Positions 12,333 through 23,189 of a stretch of 36,323 nucleotides of DNA are shown in pieces. The stretch covers positions 72,853,574 to 72,889,896 of the forward strand of contig NC_068985.1 in the NCBI RefSeq assembly GCF_001194135.2, in the 5' to 3' direction. Position numbers and translations under genes: made by a program. Under the pieces are notes generated by a model that had not been told where the DNA came from, searched no databases, and was given only the letters and a program-made list of their open reading frames with translations. The stretch comes from Octopus bimaculoides. Taxonomy: Eukaryota. Each line of letters starts with the position of its first letter. Position 1 is the first letter of the stretch.

Positions 12333-12583
12333 TAAAGTGTAGTATATTACCACTTAAGTGTGGCTGACCCCTAGGGGTGGATGTTACTGTTGCTTTTAGC
12401 CCCAGGAAATCCGGATCCGTTCGTGCTGCAGATGTTGGTGAGAGGGATAACTACCCTTGGCAAACAGGACACAGTCGTGTGTCGATAAGCCAGCTGGAGG
12501 AGATGTCCTCCTGGGGCTAAAAGCAACAGTAACATCCACCCCTAGGGGTCAGCCACACTTAAGTGGCAATATACTACACTTTA
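12333..12583. mobile_element. MITE with 76-bp TIRs and TA flanks
   Basis: 12332-12407 and 12509-12584 are inverted repeats with 1 mismatch, separated by a 101-bp spacer. Confidence 0.9.
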
Positions 12584-12626
12584 TCGTGCAATTACTGTTA
12601 ATACTTCATTTAGAGAATTAACATTG

Positions 12627-12659
<33 letters not shown>

Positions 12660-13127
12660 CATATATGTATATATGTATATATATATATATATATATATAC
12701 GCATTGAGGGAAACGGATCTGTTCTTTATGTAGCATGACTCTGTGTCTCAAAGTAAGGCTCGTTTGACCCACATAATTGTGACCGCAACCTGAGCAGATT
12801 AGGACATAGATAAGGTTCTGGGAAGCACATTTGAAGTTGGTTTTAATTGAGAATTTTTATCCTGGCTGGGCATATACTACAGTTAGGTGGTCTACATTTT
12901 TTAACTCTAGGTATCGTTTGTATTGAGTATAGTTTTGCATTTGTTAGAAGTCTTTTGAGTGATCTGTCTTTTGCATTTTAGTAGTTTGTATGTATTTAGG
13001 ATGCTGTTCATTTTCGGGTCTTATTTGTAACAGTGTAGGTGTTCCAACACCCTCAGATATATTTAATGACAATTATAGTTTGCCTTTTTCGTAACACATT
13101 GTTAAACTGCTGCCTATATTAATAATT

Positions 13128-13178
<51 letters not shown>

Positions 13179-13179
<1 letters not shown>

Positions 13180-13480
13180 GAGGCGCAATGGCCCATTGTT
13201 TAGGGCAGCGGAATCGCAGTCGGAGGATCGCGGTTTCAATTCCCAGACTGGGCGTTGTGAGTGTTTATTGAGTGAAAACACCTAAGCTCCACGAGGCTCC
13301 GGCAGGGGGTCATAGCGACCCCTGTTGTGCTTTTTTGCCCCAACTTTCTCTCACTCTTTCTTCCTGTTTCTCGATTAACGCTGCGATGGACTGGCGTCCC
13401 GTCCAGCTTGGGGGAACACATACGCCATAGAAACCAAGAAACTGGGCCCATGAGCCTGGCTAGGCTTTGAAAGGGTGACG
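13179..13480 (+). mobile_element. Full-length tRNA-derived SINE (family C head plus tail Y)
   Basis: A-box-like TGGCCCATTGTTT and B-box-like GGTTTCAATTCC. Contains a GCGATGGACTGGCGTCCCGTCCAG segment and a T-rich end. Confidence 0.85.
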
Positions 13481-13523
13481 TTTTTTTTTTTTATATATAT
13501 ATATATATATATACGTATATACG

Positions 13524-13646
13524 ACTACACTCTTGGAGTGGTTGGCGTTAGGAAGGGCATCCAGCTGTAGAAACTCTGCCAGATCAGATTGGAGCCTGAT
13601 GCAGCCTTCTGGCTTGCCAGTCCTCAGTCAAATCGTCCAACTCATG
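13524..13646 (+). mobile_element. SINE family D internal fragment
   Basis: GAGTGGTTGGCGTTAGGAAGGGCATCCAGCTGTAGAAAC...CAGTCCTCAGTCAAATCGTCCAAC matches 22155-22275. Confidence 0.85.
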
Positions 13647-13888
13647 ACTCAAAATGAACCTCTCTCTCTAGATGCTTATGTGTTAGGTTTGTTCTCTGAG
13701 CCTATGAAACTTGAAGTTGCATGGAGCTGAGTCAAACTGTTAGTTATTAAATAATATATGTAACTACTACCAAATGTATTGAGTGCCACTTTCTTTCATC
13801 TCTCCATTTACTCATATTTAAATTAATTTCTATTTCTGATAAATATTAATTTTCTTTCTATTTTTCAGTCCATTAACAACAAAAAACA

Positions 13889-14112
13889 ATGTTTCTCATC
13901 ACACTCCTTGCAACACTTATCTACCCAAAATTGTTATTACTAGTTCCTGTTGTATTGGCAGTTGGTCTACTCTTGGTTAGATTTTGGGTTAAGAGAAAAT
14001 CAGCGAAAAAATTCCCAAACACATTCACTATTGGATTCTTCCATCCCTACTGTAATGCTGGAGGAGGTGGTGAAAGAGTGCTGTGGACAGCTGTTCGTGC
14101 TTTACAGATAAA
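13889..14112 (+). CDS. ALG11: ALG11 (GDP-Man:Man3GlcNAc2-PP-Dol alpha-1,2-mannosyltransferase), coding exon 1
   Basis: N-terminal hydrophobic anchor, then [19 protein letters not shown]. Acceptor TTTTTCAG at 13861-13868, in-frame TAA at 13874 upstream of the ATG, donor AA|GTAAGT at 14113 (phase 2). Confidence 0.95.
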
Positions 14113-14229
14113 GTAAGTTGAATTTTTGTATATATATATATATATATAAATATATGTGTAGAGAGCAAAATATGAAAACAGGTGAAGGAACAACAAGCAA
14201 GTGTTTTAGTTTAATGCTTGGGAAGAATG

Positions 14230-14257
14230 GATGCTTCGAGCTTATGCTCTTCATCAG
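14230..14257 (-). ncRNA. Decayed minimal hammerhead ribozyme motif
   Basis: Minus strand CTGATGA-A-GAGC-ATAA-GCTC-GAAGCATC. CUGAUGA, stem II and GAA are intact; A15.1 is G and stem I does not pair. Confidence 0.5.
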
Positions 14258-14531
14258 AAAGGATTGAGAGGAAATAAAAAAAAACCGAGAGAGAAAAAAA
14301 TGTGTTGGGATTAATGGTTCAACATGATGAAATGGCTGGAAGAAAGAGGCTGAGTTAAAGGGAGATAATAATGGTGACTCAGCTGAACTAGGGTGTGCAA
14401 GTGCATGTGTATATGTGAGAATAATGTGTGAGTGTGTGAATATGGGTGAGTGCATGAGTATGTATATGTGGGCATATATATATATACATACACACACATA
14501 AACTCATACAGATACACACATATATGTTATT

Positions 14532-14903
14532 GTGGCTGGTGACTTTAACAGACATGTTGGATAGCATCCCCATGGATTCCAGGGAGTGCATGGCTATGGC
14601 TTTGGACTTAGAAATGAGAAGGGGACAAGACTGCTGGAGTTCTATGATGCAAACGATCTCACGATCTGCATTGCTAACTTCAGAAAATCAGCCAGCCACT
14701 AATCATTTATCAGTCTGTGGGCATATAAACCAGACTGACTCCCTCTCATCAGGCAACAAGATAGACGGATGTTTAAAAATACAAAGTCTTTCCCAGGTGA
14801 AGAGTGAACAACCCAATATAGGTTACTAGTTAGTGACTTCAGAATTGGAGCTAGAAAGACTCAGAGAAATAAACCAATCTGGAAAAGAAGACTATGGAAG
14901 CTT
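14532..14903 (+). mobile_element. RTE-clade LINE relic (APE endonuclease C-terminal half) in an ALG11 intron
   Basis: With frameshifts and stops reads VAGDFNRHVG*...HGYGFGLRNEKGTRLLEFYDANDLTIC...FRK...FPGEE*TTQYRLLVSDF...WKL. Confidence 0.88.
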
Positions 14904-15023
14904 CTGATGAAAGAAAAGAAGAGTTGGGGATATATAGCTTAAAGGACAATTGGAAGTTCCAGCAGGACAATCTACTGAGGGGTACAGATGAAATCTGCAG
15001 TTGGTGCAGAGTCCCAGCTAGAC

Positions 15024-15647
15024 CAGGGGTACATAGGGAAAATATTTAACTGCTTCTCTCAGCCGACCTAAATGATGCAGAATCAGACTTTTAACAGCTC
15101 GAAGATAATTATTTTGTGCTTGGTGAAGAGAAAGGAAGTTTGGCACATCGTTTTTATGAACAGCTGACTTCCATGAAATCAGTTTTCTCTTAAAACTTTT
15201 CATCTTGTTAGTCGATGCCACTATTGTTTCTAGTCTCCCTTGCATCGAGAATCCGCATAAAAGTATCCTATTGATATTTATATCAAAATATCGCCTGAAA
15301 TTTTAGTTTTACCACAAATATAATTTTATATTTTTTCTGAACTAATAAGAACATGACATCTTTTTATAGTTTTAACTTTAATTGCATATTAATTCAATAT
15401 TTATTGTACTTAATCTCTATTAAAGTATTAATGTTTTTGACAAAAATACAAAAATGATTTAATTTAAAAGCAAAAAAGAATTCAATTAAACGCTAAACAT
15501 TCCAGAATGTAGAGCACTTTAAAAAACATGTATTTTTGACTCTAAATGATCAATCATGATACTACATACACATGTATATTTTGTGGCACCCATCGGTTGA
15601 CCTGGTGGCACCCTGGGGTGTTTCAGCACACTGGTTAGGAACCTGTG
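15024..15647 (-). mobile_element. hAT (Charlie/Buster-like) relic: terminus plus transposase fragment
   Basis: MQGRLETIVASTNKMKSFKRKLISWKSAVHKNDVPNFLSL...KYFP (15245-15035) resembles the LQG..FK.KL.LW region of ZBED5/FAM200/GTF2IRD2-type transposases. The minus-strand end CACAGGTTCCTAACC directly follows CTCTAGAG (15648-15655). Confidence 0.7.
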
Positions 15648-16098
15648 CTCTAGAGGATGCATCGTACTTATGAAATAGCATACTAGTAGGGGAAATAAAT
15701 ACAAGAATTGAGAATTCTCCAAAGTTGTCATGACAGTTGTGAGTCAAATCATCCAATTAAGTTAGCTCTTTATGGGAGCTGTATTTGAGGAAAGCTTACT
15801 ACTTACTAGAGTTAGTGAAAGCAGTCTGTAATCGATAACTGTTTTGGTATCTTTTAGCGCTCTGTTAAAATGTTCTCCAAGTTATACTTTGGAAAGGGAG
15901 AAGCTAGTTTCAGTTGTGAACCAACAACTTGCTACATTTCAGGTCACCATACTATGCAAAAAATGTTGCATGAATTTTATGTTTATTTCTTGATTGTTTC
16001 ATAATGTATTATCCTGTTTTTGTTTCATGCAAAATGAAAGAAAATATTCAGAAAATGTTTAAATTTTGATCAGTTGATATTTTTTTTTCTCAATTCAG

Positions 16099-17024
16099 GT
16101 ATGGCACAAAAATAACCTGTGTTGTATATACTGGAGATTTCAACGTTAACGGCCAAGACATTCTTCATCGTGCTGAGCAGAGATTCAACATAGTTCTTCC
16201 ACATCCAGTTGATTTTATCTTCCTGAAAAAACGAAAGTTTGTGGAAGCCAAAATGTACCCTCATTTTACTCTTCTCTGCCAAAGCCTTGGTTCTTTAATC
16301 ATTGGTTTTGAAGCTCTATTTTCATTTGTACCTGACTTGTTCTGTGATAGTATGGGTTATGCTTTTACTCTTCCACTCTTTAGATATTTAGGTGGCTGTC
16401 AGGTTTCTTGTTATGTACATTATCCCACCATCAGCACAGATATGATTAGTCTCATTAATAACCAGACGGCTACTTACAACAATTCAGCTTCAATTTCTTC
16501 AAATCCGGTCCTGAGTCGTTTAAAACTTATATATTATAACATATTTGCATGGCTATATTCTCTGGTTGGCAGGTGTAGTTCAGTTGTTATGGTCAATTCT
16601 TCATGGACATATGGACATATTTCATCTCTTTGGAAAGTCTCCAGCACTAAAATTGTATATCCTCCTTGTGATGTTACCGAGTTTCTCAAGATACCTTTAC
16701 AGAGAGATTGCAAAATACATTCTATTATTTCCATTGGTCAGTTCCGCCCAGAGAAGGACCATCCATTACAGATTAAATCATTTGCCAAATTTTTGTCTCA
16801 AGTTCCTGAAAAATCACATTCTTTATACAAATTACACTTAGTTGGAAGTTGCCGAGACAGTGAAGACACTAAAAGAGTTTCAGAACTGAAAGAGCTGGCT
16901 TTAATTCTTGGTGTTTTGAACTATGTTGATTTCCACTTAAATGTTTCTTTTAGTGACTTGAAACAACTATTATCTGAAGCTGAAATTGGTTTACATACAA
17001 TGTGGAATGAACATTTTGGAATTG
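16099..17024 (+). CDS. ALG11: ALG11 coding exon 2
   Basis: Acceptor TTCAG ending 16098. Encodes [22 protein letters not shown]...[13 protein letters not shown]...[11 protein letters not shown]...[14 protein letters not shown]...[12 protein letters not shown]. Donor G|GTAAGA at 17025 (phase 1). Confidence 0.97.
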
Positions 17025-20000
17025 GTAAGAATTTTTTGTCTTCATCCAAGCTTCCTTGTAATGAAATTTTAATATTTGTTAGATTTAATTTAAATTTCTT
17101 TTAAAACACTCTAGCTAGAGATCTATGTTGAGTGCAATCAATGTATAGTTTTTTTGAAGGTGATGTGTGGATAAAAATGCTTAGTATACATTTCAATGCT
17201 TCATTTTGTTGAATAAATAAGTCTGCGAATCTTTATTCTGATTTAGTGTCCTGTGCTAGGATATTCAGCACTCTAGACCAGTACTATGGTGTGCACCTCC
17301 TCCCAGCCCTAATATATGCTTCGTTTTCTCTGTTTTACATTATGGGCTTTCTTTAACAATCTTCCTCTAAATTTCTTCAGCTGACACCTTTACCCCAGCT
17401 GAAAAATGCTGTTGAAAAATTATAATTAACTTATGCATATGCAATCTTTTAACTGACAAAATCTTAACTATTTCATACCAAATCTTGTGACATGTCATAA
17501 CACCAAATAAACCTCTTGTCTTCCCTATACTCCTCTTTCAACCCTATACTCCTCTTTCCTCTATTTCAGGAATAACCTCCTGTACTCTCTTTATTACTGA
17601 GATTGCATGTTTTTTGTTATATTAAGAAATAGGTTGGTTAGATTATGTGCGACACTCCAGGTTTTAGCTCCTACTCATTTGATGTGTTTAGTGTAGGAGG
17701 TGATACTGCAGAGAATATAAAGTATTTAGTGTGGGAGGAGTGGAAGTTATTTAAGGAGCTGAGAAGAATTGCCCATAAGTTTTCGGGTTATTACGAAGAC
17801 TTCTAAGAATCCATCATAGACGAGATGATACTGGATCAAGCAATATGTTTATTAGCCAAACTGAACACCTGTCAGTCGTATGCCAATGAGTGAAAAATTG
17901 ATGTCAGTACTGTTTAAAACTATCTTAATGCTTTAGTCAGAAAAATGGGGACAGTGCCAAGATGTTTTTTGCAGAGTGGAAGAAACCACAGTTCATTAGT
18001 TGTACTCCTGCTGTACTCATTTTAGCTTGCAAAAATTACTCCATTTTAGCAATCCAAAAGCAGCTCATATTACATACTATTTCATGCAGCTGTGAATACT
18101 CAATGAGAAATTGTTTTAGTTTACTAACGTATTTCTCTAATTTATTCCCAGCAACATTTGTAATGTAATATAATGTGAAACAGATTAGCCGTTTAACTCA
18201 TCAGATTAAATTTTTGTTGTACAATTAATCACAAATAACAGGAAAAATAAATAGTGTAACTGAAAGAATAATAAAAAGATGATGACTATATTGTAGCTGA
18301 GACTGATGAAAAGTTAATAATATTTGACCAGTATTTAAAACTGAAATAAACTCTTCGTATTGTATAATTTTCTGACTATCCTGTTTTTGGGACCCTTCTA
18401 TAATGGGTTAATTAGTATTTAGATTATAATTATTCTCAATCAGATTGGATGATGTACTTCTCACTCACATATTCTGAACTATATCATCCGCAGAGATATC
18501 TATGACTAATTCTTAGGAGTGTAATATCCTGAAAAACCTATTGGCAGTTCTCAGTGCAAATCAAATGTCAATAGGAGTCGTATGTAGTCGCAAATTTAAG
18601 TTAAGCAAATTAATGTGAAGTTATAAATTAAAACAGAGGATATGAGTTATCTCCCTTGTGAGAGTAACCGTGCTGAACATCGTAAAAGAGACAGATTACA
18701 GATTTCTTACGAACGCGCCATCAGCTTGAAAATAATACCTAAGCTAATGTTCAAGTAATGAGCATTAAAAAAATTAATTAGAAAGGAAAGGACAATTAAT
18801 GTAATCGTTTACTGTATAGTTTCTGCCAGTTTTTTTTTTTTTTGTAATTTATCATGTCACATTTATTCTACATGTGACTGTTGAAGACTTACTTTACATT
18901 TATATTTGTTTGTGAAGTTACTTATGTGATTGTTCTCCTGTGAATATATTTAATTGAGAAAAATAAACAAAACATTCTTGATACAGTTTTAGATGTCAGA
19001 CCAGAGGAAAGAAAAAATTTGAAATTGTTAGAAAAAATATTTTAATGTAGAAATAAAATGGATGTTTGGTTAAGTTATTGGACTGTTCAGCTAAATTGTC
19101 CAGAACAGTAAACAATGTTTTCTTGGAAAGTTGTTACAGTGTGTCAACCTTTCCAAGTGAAGATCTGATACTCATCTAATTAACACAGCATAAATTGTAA
19201 TTAGATGCACTTCAGAGTTCCTGAAATGATTATCATTATAGTAGTTTCACAATCAAAAACTGAATTATGTTATAGATAGATTAGATAGTGGTAGTATGAT
19301 AATAAACAAGAAATTTCAGTTTGATTGAAAAGAAAATGTCCCTGATTATTTGAGTCTCTGGGGACCAAAAATATAAGCCACTGAATATTTACTTTTGTTA
19401 AACTACTAAGTTTTGACTGAAAAATAATGTTCAGTAAATTTTATGACATTCTAAATTCATGGATAAATAGAACTGTAGAATAATAGTAGAATGAAATGAT
19501 AGAATATAATTGAATTTTCTCTATTCAATATTAAGAATAAGAACTATAAAGTAAGGAAAGTTTCAAGATACCAACCAGTATGTTTAAGCTAAAGCATTTT
19601 CATTGTTTTGATTATTTCATTATTAATCTTTATCACAAAACCAGTTGCAAATACTGGATATTCTGATTGATTACTTTATGGTATTTGGGTACAATATACC
19701 ATTCGAATATTGTTTACTATTTGAATACTAAAAACTAAAATACGCTATGGCTGAAGTACTTTTGATCATAGTTCTGCTGATTAAAGATGACCTGGAGCTA
19801 GACAGCAGCATCATTTGCAAGCTGACATAAATAATTGCCATTGATGCACTTAACAAAACTTCTGACCATATCGTCATACAGGGCATAAGCAATTGGAGGT
19901 ATGGAGTGTCTTGCAGCAACCAAAAGCTGTGGCAGTAGAATGAATACGGTTATAAAACATCTGAGATATGTTGTTATTAATATTATATTTTTTTCAAACT

Positions 20001-20095
20001 ATTAATAAGTCTAATTTTATTATAATTAGTTGGAGTTGTATTTGCTTAGCAGTGACTTGATCATAGTGTTTCACTGCATAGTCTATGATGAACTG

Positions 20096-20341
20096 TTAAG
20101 AATTTAAACTGGCTGTATCCTGCCCAAATATCCTACATGTTTTATGTTCAAACTGACAATATCTGGCCTCTCATACCTACTCTACAATGTCATTCTAAAT
20201 ATATACAGCCACATCATTGAAATCTTGAGACTGCATGATAATGATTGATTAATTCAAAACAATGTGAATAAATAAGCATTACATTTGGCAGAGAAATCTG
20301 AATGATAAAGTGTTAAATAGACTGGAATGATAAAGTGTTAA
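20096..20341. mobile_element. Second copy of the piggyBac-like MITE, left end eroded and right end duplicated
   Basis: Shares AATGTCATTCTAAA..CACATCA..AAATCTTGA..CATGATAATG..GATTAATTCAAAA..AATGTGAATAAATAAG with 10202-10411. AATGATAAAGTGTTAA occurs at both 20301 and 20326. Confidence 0.75.
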
Positions 20342-20993
20342 CTATGTATTTCATTATTATGTTTGTGCATGTGTGTATGNNNNNNNNNNNNNNNNNNNNN
20401 NNNNNNNNNNNNNNNNNNNNNNNNNNNNNNNNNNNNNNNNNNNNNNNNNNNNNNNNNNNNNNNNNNNNNNNNNNNNNNNNNNNNNNNNNNNNNNNNNNNN
20501 NNNNNNNNNNNNNNNNNNNNNNNNNNNNNNNNNNNNNNNNNNNNNNNNNNNNNNNNATGATAAAGTGTTAACTATGTATTTCATTATTATGTTTGTGCAT
20601 GTGTGTATGAAGAAGTACATAACCAAATATCACAAGGATTACTTTCTTGAATGCCCTTTTTTTTTATGCCTGTTATCATTTTTATTATTATTCTTTTCTT
20701 AGTTAGGAAAAAGTGCAGTGTCTGTGACTCTTCTTAGGGCCTCCAAGACTAGTACTTACATGTTAGTGGACTTATGACACCCAATTAAAACAAGTGCAGT
20801 TACTGTTGCATTCATATCTATTTATTTCTTGATTACATAACATATAGAGTTACTTCAAGGTGTCAAAGTTCTTCTGCATCCCTATACAATGGAATGGTAT
20901 CAATGATCAGGTCATAGATGTAGCACAATACCTTTTGGCACTTCTTATATACAATGCTATCAACAAATAAAATCTTGTTTCATCTTTTTACAG

Positions 20994-21277
20994 GTGTTGT
21001 AGAGTGCATGGCTGCTGGGACGATAATTTTGGCTCATGACTCTGGCGGCCCCAAGATGGACATTGTTGTGCAACATGATGAAAATAGAACAGGTTTTCTA
21101 GCTTCAGATGTGGATAGTTATTCAGATGCCATGAGAACAATATTTAATTTGTCCGAAAAGGAGAAAATGAATATCCGCAGAAATGCACGATCACACATAG
21201 AAAAATTTTCTGATAAACAATTCTCTGACCAATTTATGAATGTCCTGGAACCATTGATTAAAATAAACATTTCATGA
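20994..21277 (+). CDS. ALG11: ALG11 coding exon 3 (terminal)
   Basis: Acceptor CTTTTTACAG ending 20993. Encodes (G)VVECMAAGTIILAHDSGGPKMDIV...RNARSHIEKFSDKQF..., stop TGA at 21275-21277. Exon lengths 224+926+284 = 1434 nt = 477 aa plus stop. The EHFGIGVVE motif (EX7E of GT4 glycosyltransferases) is rebuilt across the splice. Confidence 0.97.
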
Positions 21278-21280
21278 AAT

Positions 21281-21598
21281 TTGATTCTTCTATATTATTT
21301 GTGTTTGTATGTATGTGCTTGTATATGTGTATTTTATATATTTGCATATATGACTGCTTCTGTATTTGTGTATTTCTTCTGTATGTCTTTATATTTGTGT
21401 GCTTATGATTTTGTGAGTCAGTGTGGTTTTGTGTTGGCCTTTGTTTCTATTTGCCTCTGTGTGTAATTGTGTGTTCATATTTTTGTTCATGGATTTCTTT
21501 CTTTTGTTTGCTTGTGGACTTGCATGTGCATTTGTGTTTATACATTTTGGTAAGTATATTTTTGTGTGAGTGCATGTACATTTGTGCATATATGTATT
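21281..21598 (+). repeat. Degenerate TG-rich low-complexity tract at the start of the ALG11 3' UTR
   Basis: Almost entirely T/G with TGTG/TATG motifs; the ORFs here are compositional. Confidence 0.75.
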
Positions 21599-22142
21599 GC
21601 CAGTGCCCCTGGACTGGCTCATGTGCGGGCGACACATGAAATCTTTCGAGCGAGATTGTTGCCAGTGCCCCTGGACTGGCTCTTGTGCGGGTGACACATG
21701 AAATGTTTCAAGCAGAATCGTTGCCGGTGCCCCTGGACTGGCTCATGTGCGGGCGACACATGAAATCTTTCGACGGGATCGTTGCCAGNNNNNNNNNNNN
21801 NNNNNNNNNNNNNNNNNNNNNNNNNNNNNNNNNNNNNNNNNNNNNNNNNNNNNNNNNNNNNNNNNNNNNNNNNNNNNNNNNNNNNNNNNNNNNNNNNNNN
21901 NNNNNNNNNNNNNNNNNNNNNNNNNNNNNNNNNNNNNNNNNNNNNNNNNNNNNNNNNNNNNNNNNNNNNNNNNNNNNNNNNNNNNNNNNNNNNNNNNNNN
22001 NNNNNNNNNGTAGGATTTTCGAGCGAGATCGTTGCCAGTGCCCCTGGACTGGCTCTTGTGCGGGTGACACATGAGGTTTCTCGAGCGAGATGAGCGTGGC
22101 CTTTGCCAGTACCGCCTGACTGGCCTTCGTGCAGGTGACACG
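21599..22142 (+). repeat. 62-bp tandem repeat, partly in a gap, derived from the front of SINE family D
   Basis: Unit starts at 21599, 21661, 21723, 21784, then after the gap 22034 and a diverged unit at 22105 that runs into the SINE body. Confidence 0.9.
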
Positions 22143-22322
22143 TAAAAGCACCCACTACACTCTGAGTGGTTGGCATTAGGAAGGGCATCCAGCTGTAGAA
22201 ACACTGCCAAATCATATTGGAGCCTGGTGTAGCCATCTGGTTTCACCAGTCCTCAGTCAAATCGTCCAACCCATGCTAGCATGGAAAGCGGACGTTAAAC
22301 GACGACGACTACGATGACGATG
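22105..22322 (+). mobile_element. SINE family D with a (GAC/GAT)n tail
   Basis: Matches 13524-13646. Ends CCAACCCATGCTAGCATGGAAAGCGGACGTTAAACGACGACGACTACGATGACGATG. Confidence 0.85.
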
Positions 22323-22762
22323 TTTGTGTCTGTGCATGTATGTATGAAGGAGCACGTAACCAAATATCACAAGGACCGATTACTTTCGTGAATGCGCTTA
22401 TTTTTTTTATGCTTGTTATCATTTTTATTATTATTTTTCTCTTAGTTAGGAAGAAGTGCAGTATCTGTGACTCTTCTTGGGTCCTCCAAGACTAGTCATA
22501 TGGCAGGAGAAAGGTATTTGTAAAATGTCAGCCTAGTCAGAATGTAAACTGAAAAGTGGACTTTTCTTATGATATCTTAGGACCAAGTCATAACATAACT
22601 GTCACAGTCATTACTGAAGTTGGGAAGCACATAGATATGTTTTAAACTTTAAATATACTTTCTCATACTAAACACTAAAATTGTATATATCTCAGATTTT
22701 GTAGTACTGGTCAGACTGATTCACTGAAAATACTTTATTCCTTAACACTTACCATTTCTCTT

Positions 22763-23135
22763 CGGAGCTCAATTGAAACCAACAATGGAATATGACTCAC
22801 TCATCTGAGATGGAGTAGCTGCCACACATAAAAGATATCCCACACTGCATATAAAGGAAAGCCACTTAACTTGTTCACCAACGCACTCCATTTTTTTAAC
22901 CCACAGACATACTGCTGTTTCTCTCTATCTGTTACTCCTCAGAGTTGACTGGCTGCATGTTACCTTCTGTCAAGTACTCCAACATCATTCGTCTCTGCTC
23001 CACTTGCCACCCATGTTGCACTAAAATCTATATTCCCAGTTTTTCCTTCCCAGAACATCATTCCACTGGAATTCCCTCTCTGCACATACTTTTTTTTTCT
23101 GCTTCGGTCAACTTTCAACTGTCTTGGATGGCCTC
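22763..23135 (+). mobile_element. CR1/L2/Jockey-group LINE relic, ORF2 C-terminus
   Basis: Decayed motifs AQLKPTMEYDSLI*DG, YSSEL, and SQFFLPRTSFHWNSLSAH (FFPRT..WNSLP type). Confidence 0.7.
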
Positions 23136-23183
23136 TGATGATCATAGCATAGCTACTTCTCTGGTACTAACTAACTGAAAAAG

Positions 23184-23189
23184 AATAAA
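23184..23189 (+). terminator. First canonical AATAAA after the ALG11 stop in sequenced bases (candidate polyA signal)
   Basis: Manual scan only. Variant hexamers occur earlier and the 222-nt gap is unread. Confidence 0.3.

Noticed and set aside
13600-13627. Minus-strand CTGAGGA-CTGGCAAGCCA-GAAG resembling a hammerhead
   Set aside because: Lacks G10.1-C11.1 and A15.1, and the paralogous copy at 22237-22256 lacks the GAA.
19790-19915. Possible decayed RT fragment (IIAIDALNKTSDHI, resembling FIDLxKAFD)
   Set aside because: Too degenerate to support by eye.
20327-20609. 53-bp exact duplication across the 20380-20556 gap
   Set aside because: Typical overlapping contig ends; treated as an assembly artefact.
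21613-21660. 62-bp unit read as a hammerhead (GAAA-stem-UH present) or as a CRISPR array
   Set aside because: It has CTCATGT instead of CTGANGA and stem I is out of register. There are no unique spacers or cas genes, and the context is eukaryotic.
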